DNA of 64,000 nucleotides, taken from positions 80,056-144,055 of IMG/VR virus record IMGVR_UViG_3300031950_000001. One strand, given 5' to 3'. This document shows, piece after piece, positions 56,196 through 64,000 of this stretch (the first letter of the stretch is position 1; every line of letters starts with the position of its first letter). Both the position numbers and the translations under genes were made by a program. The DNA comes from a virus. Under the pieces are notes generated by a model. It ran no database searches and had not been told where the DNA came from. It saw only the letters and a list, made by a program, of their open reading frames with translations.

Positions 56196-56629
56196 TTTAC
56201 GATTTATGTCTTTATGAAAAGAATGCGGATGGGCTGTTGGTGGCTTTATACCCGCCTTACAAAGCCGCCGATACGAAATCGGGCTATCTTAACCAGCTAA
56301 TCTATGCCTTTCTGATTACCGATTACGGATCCAACGCCACAGACCCGGCATTTGGGTCTAATTTTGTATCCACCTGCAAGCAGCTTTATTCGAACAGTAG
56401 GTTGGTCGAACGTGTCGTCGTGGATATTCTGCGCGCAGCAATGAAGAACTTCATTACCTGGTACTATCTCAATGTTTTAAATAGCTTTGTTGCACCTACG
56501 GAAGTTGATACGCAAATAACCCTGCTGAATGCGACAATTGAGAACAGAATACTAACTGTCCAAGTGGGTTTGTCCAAGCTTGACGATACGTCGGTCTCTT
56601 GCCGCTATCAGTTTGATTTAACTACGTAG
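56192..56629 (+). CDS. putative baseplate wedge protein (gp25-like)
   Basis: FLITDYGSNATDPAFGSNF motif; precedes the baseplate J-like gene. Confidence 0.45.
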   Translation: MIYDLCLYEKNADGLLVALYPPYKAADTKSGYLNQLIYAFLITDYGSNATDPAFGSNFVSTCKQLYSNSRLVERVVVDILRAAMKNFITWYYLNVLNSFVAPTEVDTQITLLNATIENRILTVQVGLSKLDDTSVSCRYQFDLTT

Positions 56630-56664
56630 TTGTTTGGTATTTTTAGATTTTCCGGAGACACACG

Positions 56665-58272
56665 ATGGCCGATTCTGCTGCTATCCGACAGACATTGCTG
56701 AGCGTTTTGGCTTCGCAATTTCCTGATATCGCCTTTAAAAACAACATACTAGACCGTCTTTTGGTTCAGCCGGCGACGGCGATTTATGGTTATCTTCAGG
56801 ACGAAATTAGTAAGAAGCTTGCGGCTGTCAATCTTCAGGATATTCTTGAGGATAAAGCCGATGAAGAAGCCGCGTTATCGTTTTTTAAAGGCTTAGGCAT
56901 CTCGATTAGTAATGGCTCCTTCGCTAATGGCTTTGCGCACGTTATCCTGACGGACGGCGCAGTTATCACAGTTCCCAAAGAAACCCGATTTCGTACGGCG
57001 AATGGATTGGAGTTCGTTTCAACCGAACTTATTCGTGCCATTCCATCGGAAGAATACCGAACAAGCCCTGACGACCAGTTGATGTCTAGATTTGGTTCTT
57101 ATTGGTCATTTCAGGTGCCGCTAAAGGCTGTAGAGGTCGGCGCAAAATACAATATCCAAGAAAATACCGAGCTGACAACGACTCTTCAGATTCCCAACCT
57201 GTATAGCATCCTGTCTTCTCTCTTTTACGGCGGAACCAATGCCGAAACGGCCAAAGATGTCGCTAATCGGCTTATTGCAGGGCTTGGAGTGAAGGGACTT
57301 GCCAATAATGGTCAAGTTCTGGCCCTACTGAAGTCCCCGTCCAATAACCCTTATTATGACAATCAGCTTCAGAATACAATCTCGGTTTCTACCGTCGGGG
57401 CCAATGATGCCGAAATGCAGCGTGATCGGAGGGGTATACTGCCCGTCTCTATAGGGGGAAAAATAGATATTTATGTGCGGACGGCTCGGCAGCCACTACT
57501 TGCGACAAAACGGATCACTGCCAGGCTTATCGATATTAATAGTAATGGCAACGGAATATGGGAATTTGTTATTGCTCGAAGTCTATGCCCGGTTGCTTAT
57601 CGCGCCGTGCAAGTCCGGCCGCTAAATTCGCTTCCGTCGGATCCCGGCTATGCAATTACGTCGCAGACGGTATCTCTTGATCTTAGTAACACAGGATTTC
57701 CGTTCGTACCGAATATTGCGAACACCATTGAAGGGGCGTTTTCTCCGTTCTGCAAAATAACGGTTGATTTTATTGACACGGATACGCGCGTCGAGCCCGG
57801 CCAGATTGGTAATCGAACGCAGGATTACTATGCTACGATCCAATACATGCCTGCTATCGACGCGGCCCAGAAATATCTTTCCTGCGACCAGATTCGACCT
57901 ATTGGGCTTGATGTTTTAGTAAAGGCCCCGTTTTTGTGTTTTACTTCTGTGGTCGTTTCTTTGACGAAAAATGTCTCGACTGAAGTCAAGAATCTTCTTA
58001 AAGGAAAGATTGCCGAATTTATCAACCTCCGAGATTTTAGAGAATGCATCTATGCTAGCAGCCTCTCGGCTCAGATTGCTGGTCTTTTACCCCCCGATAC
58101 GGGGATAACGAATATAACCATAGGAGGTTCCATCCTTCTACCGTACCTTACGACGTATACGATCAATCCTTCGACCAGCCTTTGCATTCCGACTCTAAAT
58201 AACTACGGAATTTCAGCGAAAAATACCATTTTTGTCCAAACGACAGATCAGATTTCCTTCGTCGTCAGCTAA
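56665..58272 (+). CDS. baseplate J-like protein
   Basis: TVPKETRFRT.NGLEF, A.EVGAKYNI, GGTNAET motifs. Confidence 0.7.
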   Translation: MADSAAIRQTLLSVLASQFPDIAFKNNILDRLLVQPATAIYGYLQDEISKKLAAVNLQDILEDKADEEAALSFFKGLGISISNGSFANGFAHVILTDGAVITVPKETRFRTANGLEFVSTELIRAIPSEEYRTSPDDQLMSRFGSYWSFQVPLKAVEVGAKYNIQENTELTTTLQIPNLYSILSSLFYGGTNAETAKDVANRLIAGLGVKGLANNGQVLALLKSPSNNPYYDNQLQNTISVSTVGANDAEMQRDRRGILPVSIGGKIDIYVRTARQPLLATKRITARLIDINSNGNGIWEFVIARSLCPVAYRAVQVRPLNSLPSDPGYAITSQTVSLDLSNTGFPFVPNIANTIEGAFSPFCKITVDFIDTDTRVEPGQIGNRTQDYYATIQYMPAIDAAQKYLSCDQIRPIGLDVLVKAPFLCFTSVVVSLTKNVSTEVKNLLKGKIAEFINLRDFRECIYASSLSAQIAGLLPPDTGITNITIGGSILLPYLTTYTINPSTSLCIPTLNNYGISAKNTIFVQTTDQISFVVS

Positions 58273-58365
58273 TTTTTGATTCCGGAATCAAAATTCTTTA
58301 CGTATTACGGGCTGACGGATTAGTAATAAATTTGATTCCGGAATCAAATTTTTCGGAGCTGGGTC

Positions 58366-60075
58366 ATGGTTGCGACTTGGAGAAACAATACAGCGGCAGA
58401 TCGAACGATCAGCCAAATTTATACGCCGCTCGATATCCCGACTGCTGATGTCCCCGTTTCCATCGAATCATTCCTATCGAGCCGGGATAACTTTACGGCC
58501 TCGATGCCAGGTCATGAAGAGCTAGTACTCGCTATCTTTCAGTCCCACTATAAGCTCTATGATCTCCTTCAATCGGACCTTCAGTTTGAGTTTAGTTCGG
58601 TTTTAGACTCCTTATCCTCGTTAATGAAATATAGGCATCTGCCTCTTCTTGTTGAAACCTCTGATATCGAACACGTCGATAACCAGTATAGAGTTAAGCT
58701 CCCTTCCCATATATTTCAGATTGGCGCTATTGTAAATAAACCCTTTGAGCCTACCGTTACTTGGGATGATGAGTTCTATATTGACGGGGATTATCTCTAC
58801 TTTCTGTCTGATCCGCGTAGTATTTTTCAGGGCTATTATGCAGGCAGCGGGAAATACTTTTATGTCCTATGGCTTAAAGATGTCATTGTCTTAGACACCC
58901 GGCTTTTGGACCGTTTCTTTACCTATCTTCCCGGATTTTCAAATCGAAGCCTTGATTATTACTACGACCGCGTCTTATTCACCAAGTTGGCCATCGAGAT
59001 CTTAGGAAAGGGGCTTACTCCCAATAGGCTCAGAGGACTGGCAGGACTCTATTATGGCATTCCCGTTTCGATTGCGGAAACGGAAACCATTGCCGATATT
59101 CAAGCCACAAGCGATGGCTGGCTTGTCGTTACGGACAAAACCAAATATCAGGTCTCTAACGGTTTTGAGCTTGCCGTTACCGAAGGAACTAAACTAACCC
59201 GATGGACTCCTCTTGTAGCCAATTTCGACGTTATTGATTTTCATGATGGCGTCGTACCGTCTTATTTGCCCAAACTACCCATCTATCCAGACAGCTTTCT
59301 TACGGTAATATCTGCGGAACGTGCTACCGAGAATGGTCAGCCTCGAGAATTAGAAAATCTCAATCAAAGACTTGCCGAAAGCGGCGTGATGCTGTCGGTC
59401 GGTCTACGCAATATTCTTTATGCCGTAAACAATACGGTTGCTACCACAATCGAGCAAACGGAGCGAGGAACCGAGATTAGCTGGCCGCTAGAAGGTGATC
59501 CTGATGACGTTGCACTGTTTTGGAGCAGGGTGCGGGAGCGGGAAAGAGCGTCGGGGGTTATGCTCTATGATTTATTACGTCAGTATTATAATGACCTAAG
59601 CACCATAAATCCGGCGGAAGTAATGGCAAGATTCTTTTATCGACAAGCCGTCGTCATCTTATTGCCGAATGTTATTTCTGCCTCGTCCGCCTTTATCGAA
59701 ATCGTCGATGGACTAACCGATTCATCGCGTCCTATTTTCCAACTTTCGGTTTCGAATTTGCCGCGATGGACATCCAGCGACGGTTTGCAACAGGCAGAAA
59801 CGGAAACCATTCCATCTACAATTCCTGCTACCAAGACTGCGGATCGGCCCGAGACTACATCGCGCTATTGGGTTGTGATGGATTGCAAGGTTTTTGATCT
59901 TGTCTATATCCCGTCATTGCAGGACGAGCTCCCGCAATATTTGGAGAAAATTGTTAAAATCGAGATGAAAGATTATTCGATCTGTGGGCTTGTTGTCTTG
60001 ACGAGATCCTTCGATATTGAATTTGACGAGCCTGCACGCATTGCTGCCGTGTTAGACACGTGTAGTCAATGTTAA
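58366..60075 (+). CDS. probable baseplate/tail structural protein
   Basis: 569 aa following the baseplate J-like gene. Confidence 0.5.
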   Translation: MVATWRNNTAADRTISQIYTPLDIPTADVPVSIESFLSSRDNFTASMPGHEELVLAIFQSHYKLYDLLQSDLQFEFSSVLDSLSSLMKYRHLPLLVETSDIEHVDNQYRVKLPSHIFQIGAIVNKPFEPTVTWDDEFYIDGDYLYFLSDPRSIFQGYYAGSGKYFYVLWLKDVIVLDTRLLDRFFTYLPGFSNRSLDYYYDRVLFTKLAIEILGKGLTPNRLRGLAGLYYGIPVSIAETETIADIQATSDGWLVVTDKTKYQVSNGFELAVTEGTKLTRWTPLVANFDVIDFHDGVVPSYLPKLPIYPDSFLTVISAERATENGQPRELENLNQRLAESGVMLSVGLRNILYAVNNTVATTIEQTERGTEISWPLEGDPDDVALFWSRVRERERASGVMLYDLLRQYYNDLSTINPAEVMARFFYRQAVVILLPNVISASSAFIEIVDGLTDSSRPIFQLSVSNLPRWTSSDGLQQAETETIPSTIPATKTADRPETTSRYWVVMDCKVFDLVYIPSLQDELPQYLEKIVKIEMKDYSICGLVVLTRSFDIEFDEPARIAAVLDTCSQC

Positions 60076-60100
60076 TGTTCTGAAAAAAAGGGCTGGTTCG

Positions 60101-61354
60101 ATGGGTCGTTATGCGATGTTAGGGTTTCCGCCGCTAGATCCTGCAATATGCGCACTTAGCGCAAGCAGCAGTTCTAGTTCATCGTCGAGTTGTGAATACC
60201 CGTACTGCATTTATGTGGATGGAGAGATCACGCCTAATACGGCCATTGGCGAGTACTTCCAGTATGACGGGTTCTACAACGGCAGGCCGCAATGGAAAAT
60301 CGCTTCGGATATCGAATGGTATATCCGTTGGTATGGCTTGGGCTGGATCATTGGCTTGTGGCCTACTGGTGGCCGCGGCGAGCCCAACATATACTGGCTG
60401 AATCCGGAGGGTGATGGGCCGCTCGGCCAATACACTGTCAATAGCGGCACGGAGGGAACGGCGATTGCCCGTGAGTGCGCGGAATCCATCAGTAGCAGTT
60501 CTAGTGCATGCGGTTGTGGAGGTGTAACTACAACTCTTTATGCCCTTGAAAATGTGCCGACCGTGGAAAATGGTTGCCTAAAGTTTACAATTGTCGCGCT
60601 CGAGTTTCAGAATGGTTGTTTATGCCATTGGGACGTGGTGGACGAGGTGAGGGCTAAAATTTGTGACACATCCTCAAGCAGTTCTAGTGAAAGTAGCTCT
60701 GAATCCAGCAGTGAGAGCAGTTCAGGGTCCAGCTCGGAGAGCAGCTCCGAATCCAGCTCTGAATCCAGATCGGAATCCAGCTCCGAATCGAGTTCGGAGT
60801 CGAGGTCAGAGTCCGGCTCAGAGCGTAGCTCTGAATCCAGTTCTGAGTCGCGTTCGGAATCCGGCAGCGAGAGTCGCTCTGAATCCAGTTCTGAAAGCCG
60901 TTTGGAGAGTGGCTCGGAATCGAGCAGTGAAAGTCGGTCCGAATCCAGCAATGAGAGCAGTGGATGCAATGGTCGCGATTGCTTGAACTGTCTCAACGGG
61001 AAAGCTCCTGCACAATTTCAGGTAACAATCTCAGGAGTACGCAATAATTCCTGCTCGGACTGCACCGTATTCAATGGAACTTTTGTGGTACAGCAGGATC
61101 CGCGATTTCCATGTACGTATCGGGCTGCTTTGCCATACGCTTGCCACACAGACTTTAACGAAGTGGTGGTAGAAATATTCGACACAGGAGTGGAGGTTCG
61201 CTTGCTGGTCTGGGGTGAACCAGAAGCCCAATGGGGGCGCGAAGGCTCTGCTCCGCCCTGTTGTTCTTTAGATGAAATGCTTCCTCGCTGGTACGGCTCG
61301 AATATCGGTTTTTGCGATACTCGACAAGCTACCTGCCATATTAAAAGCCTATGA
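60101..61354 (+). CDS. Ser-rich, Cys-rich modular protein (probable virion surface protein)
   Basis: Cys-rich modules separated by poly-Ser and (SSSE)n tracts. Confidence 0.65.
   Translation: MGRYAMLGFPPLDPAICALSASSSSSSSSSCEYPYCIYVDGEITPNTAIGEYFQYDGFYNGRPQWKIASDIEWYIRWYGLGWIIGLWPTGGRGEPNIYWLNPEGDGPLGQYTVNSGTEGTAIARECAESISSSSSACGCGGVTTTLYALENVPTVENGCLKFTIVALEFQNGCLCHWDVVDEVRAKICDTSSSSSSESSSESSSESSSGSSSESSSESSSESRSESSSESSSESRSESGSERSSESSSESRSESGSESRSESSSESRLESGSESSSESRSESSNESSGCNGRDCLNCLNGKAPAQFQVTISGVRNNSCSDCTVFNGTFVVQQDPRFPCTYRAALPYACHTDFNEVVVEIFDTGVEVRLLVWGEPEAQWGREGSAPPCCSLDEMLPRWYGSNIGFCDTRQATCHIKSL
60670..60962 (+). repeat. coding repeat (SSSE/SRSE/SGSE)n
   Basis: 12-nt period with varied codons. 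Confidence 0.85.
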
Positions 61355-63330
61355 GAGAAATGATGTACCAACCTTGCGACTTGGAACACGTAGGTGATTG
61401 CCGATGGCAATGCCGTCGATGCGGTCGATCGGTAGTTACGTTTCGTCGGGCCGATGGAACAGAAGCTCCCCCTCCGCTAGACAGCATGCCGCCATGCGGC
61501 TGGGCGACGACCGTTTGGGAAACGAAAGGCCATTATTGGGTAGAACAGGCCCCGCCGATTGGCGTTCCGTCGCCCGAACGGAAGTTCCGTTGCCAACGGT
61601 GCGGCCAAGTCCTTTCGCTCCCGCCGACGTCGGATGCTCAGACCCTCTTGGCCCAGCAACCCCCTTGCCCGGCCCAGCCCAGCCCGCCGCCTGAGCAACA
61701 GGTGGCCGCGTCGAATGGCGCGCCAGATCAACCGCCAGACCTGCTCCAGAGGGCGTGGCGTTATTCCAAGGCCCTAGCCGGGTGGATTGCCGAAGGGCGG
61801 CCTACACGGTCTACAGAAGAAATTGAGCGGCTATTGGCCATTTGCCGAGCCTGTCCCCATTACGACGCAAAAGCCGAAATCTGTCGGGTATGTGGTTGCC
61901 GGGTTACTACGGCAAAAGAAGCCTGGCGTAACAAACTGGCGATGGCCACCGAGGCCTGTCCTCTGAAAAAATGGGGGATAAAGCTCTCCCCGGAGGAGAT
62001 TAAAAACTTCGTGGAACGAGTCTACGTGATTAACCTCAAAACCCGCCCGGATCGCCTAAAAACTTTCCTGGACCGGCTGGAGCAGTACGGTTGGCCATTT
62101 CCCGATCCGATCATCTACCCAGCCATCGATGGCAACAAGGTAGGCGTACCGCCGGAGTTTACCCAAGGCGGCGGCGCCTATGGTTGCCGCATGAGTCATC
62201 TGCGCATCCTCCAAGATTGCCTCATGGAGGATGTAAAAACCGTTCTGATTCTCGAAGACGACGCCGAAATCACCGAAGGCTTCACAGACCGGGTAGCCGA
62301 ATTCTTGGCCAAGGTCCCCCAGGATTGGGAAGGCATTATGCTGGGCGGCCAGCACCATACCTCTCCGAAAGAGACTGGCATTCCCGGCGTGGTCCGGGTC
62401 CAGTATGCCCAACGGACCCATGCCTATATCGCCCGGCCAAGTTACATGAAAGCCCTTCAGCAGCGGTGGGGCAATTGCACCGTCCATATCGACTGGGCCA
62501 TGAAAGACTGGCAGCATACCCGAATTGTGTATGCTCCTGATCCCTGGCTCATTGGGCAAGCCGGAGGGCGATCCGACATCCGGGGCGCCGTAAAACCCAG
62601 GGAATGGTGGTCATCGGCAGCCCCACCTGCCCCCAGTACCAGCAAACTTCCGCCTGGACCGAAACCGGTGATTCTTTTGCGGGCAAGCCGTCCAGTTGCC
62701 GAACAGCTTCAGCGGTTCGGCTGGCATGGCGGATATAGCCGGGATCGACAAACCGGCTACGACAGCGGCCTAAAAGACATTGCCCGGCAATCCAAAGAAG
62801 TAAGACCCCGCCGTCTCCGGGAGTGGATTCAATTGGTCGGTCGTGAAGCCGACGACGCCTACGCCCTCTGTACCATTTGGCACCCAGAAATCACCATCGA
62901 AGATGTTCGGGCTGCCCATTCGGGTCCAATCCTGGAAATCCAGGTCGAACAGGACAACGTCGAAGCCGCCGTGGAAGCAGCGTTCGATCAGCTGCCATCC
63001 GAGTGGCGGGAATACTTGGAAACTAACCCGGCTCCCAATCAACCGCCGGTGGTCTTGCTCAACGCCCCGGAGGAAACGGCCCACGAGCTCCAGGAGAAAC
63101 ATCGCTGGCTTTGCGCCCGGCTTCCCGAACCGCTTCCCGAAGCCAATCAACTTCAGCGTTGGATCGCCCGACTCCGCCGACAGGCCGCCCAAGAGGGCAA
63201 AGCCCTTGCCCTTTACGGCCTATCCGTGTTCGATCTACCCCCCTTAAAAATCCCCACCGAACCCATCACCGCCCATACGGCAGAAGAAGCCATGGGACAG
63301 TTCTTAATGGAAGGGAAAAACTATGGTTAA
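61351..63330 (+). CDS. GT25-like glycosyltransferase with N-terminal Cys/Zn modules
   Basis: YVINL..RPDRL, AIDG, GC.MSHL, LILEDDA, THAY; upstream CxxC motifs and ICRAC...C..CGC...CPLKKW. Confidence 0.8.
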   Translation: MREMMYQPCDLEHVGDCRWQCRRCGRSVVTFRRADGTEAPPPLDSMPPCGWATTVWETKGHYWVEQAPPIGVPSPERKFRCQRCGQVLSLPPTSDAQTLLAQQPPCPAQPSPPPEQQVAASNGAPDQPPDLLQRAWRYSKALAGWIAEGRPTRSTEEIERLLAICRACPHYDAKAEICRVCGCRVTTAKEAWRNKLAMATEACPLKKWGIKLSPEEIKNFVERVYVINLKTRPDRLKTFLDRLEQYGWPFPDPIIYPAIDGNKVGVPPEFTQGGGAYGCRMSHLRILQDCLMEDVKTVLILEDDAEITEGFTDRVAEFLAKVPQDWEGIMLGGQHHTSPKETGIPGVVRVQYAQRTHAYIARPSYMKALQQRWGNCTVHIDWAMKDWQHTRIVYAPDPWLIGQAGGRSDIRGAVKPREWWSSAAPPAPSTSKLPPGPKPVILLRASRPVAEQLQRFGWHGGYSRDRQTGYDSGLKDIARQSKEVRPRRLREWIQLVGREADDAYALCTIWHPEITIEDVRAAHSGPILEIQVEQDNVEAAVEAAFDQLPSEWREYLETNPAPNQPPVVLLNAPEETAHELQEKHRWLCARLPEPLPEANQLQRWIARLRRQAAQEGKALALYGLSVFDLPPLKIPTEPITAHTAEEAMGQFLMEGKNYG

Positions 63331-63898
63331 TATCTATTGCTATTGGGAAGGGGAAAAGCCACCGTATATCCAAGTTTGTGAGGACCTTTTGCGAGCCTAC
63401 CATCCGAATTTAGTGGTGGTGGATCCGCCAACTCTCCATACCATGAAATTCCCCCGCGATGTATGGGATGCAATCCGCAACTGGAACGTAGCGAACCGCT
63501 CCGATGTCATTCGTTGCTGGCTTCTCAAGCAATTTGGGGGCATGTGGTGTGATATTGACTGCATACCGGTTCACTCGTTTTCCGTATTTCTGCAGATTGC
63601 TCAAACTACACCTGCAGGAGTAGCAGCGTACGCTTCGACAGATAACACGATTGGGGTCGGGTTTATCGCAGCCCGGCCTGGCAGCGAAGCTATCGAACGA
63701 TGGTGGCAAGCGATTCTCCGGGTTTTTCAGGAACAACGACACCCCCGTTGGTTGGAAGTAAGCACAGAGCCGTTCACTCGTATTGTGTCCGAAATTGGCC
63801 GTGATCAATTTGCATTATGGCCGCTGGCACACATTTCCCCAGTGGTCTGGCGTGACACGGAACGTTTTTTAATGGAGGTTAAAGCTGTTTTCAAATAA
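63323..63898 (+). pseudogene. GT32/capsular-synthesis-type glycosyltransferase truncated by IS607
   Basis: IYCYWEG, RSDVIRCWLLKQFGGMWCDID (DXD). The last codons come from the IS left end starting at 63876-63878. Confidence 0.75.
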
Positions 63899-64000
63899 CT
63901 AACTATACCGCTACAAACATACCAATAACACTTGACAAGAGACAAAGATGCGATATACTAATTGGTAAGGATTACCTGCTGGTCGACAGTGAAATAATCG
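63876..64000 (+). mobile_element. left end of a second IS607 copy (runs off the window)
   Basis: aggttaaagctgttttcaaataact...ttgaca...tatact matches the reverse complement of about 6620-6750. Confidence 0.88.

Larger units (their letters stand above)
4276..58351. repeat. dispersed perfect palindrome TTTGATTCCGGAATCAAA (at least 14 copies)
   Basis: Copies near 4276, 8279, 14181, 16881, 21244, 29254, 29309, 33417, 39702, 46999, 53673, 54216, 58274 and 58328; degenerate copy near 29193. Confidence 0.95.

Overview
This window looks like a 64-kb segment of a large tailed (myovirus-like) phage genome, with almost every gene on the + strand. The host may be a planctomycete (weak inference). The modules are: (1) replication/recombination (RuvC-like resolvase, SF2 helicase, DnaB-like helicase, primase, UDG-domain/PolA fusion, putative SSB, RecA-like); (2) packaging (GpA-like terminase, probable portal); (3) accessory enzymes (LigD phosphoesterase-ligase fusion, papain-like and trypsin-like proteases, metallophosphoesterase, CSP, MoxR/vWA, HD hydrolase, DUF5664, sigma factor); (4) baseplate genes plus a Ser-rich protein and glycosyltransferases; (5) two tRNA(-like) genes. 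One complete IS607 (TnpA+TnpB) splits a protease gene, and there is also an orphan IS607 right end (omega-RNA remnant) and a second IS607 left end at the window edge. The standout feature is at 47026-49015: a tandem array of five retron-like ncRNA units directly upstream of one retron-type reverse transcriptase. Each unit is closed by a 16-18 bp inverted repeat; four share a conserved msr-like hairpin and candidate branching G (unit 4 is divergent, with A), and each has a different msd-like hairpin. Separately, the perfect 18-bp palindrome TTTGATTCCGGAATCAAA recurs at least 14 times at gene boundaries. All calls were made by eye from motifs; no database searches or folding programs were run.
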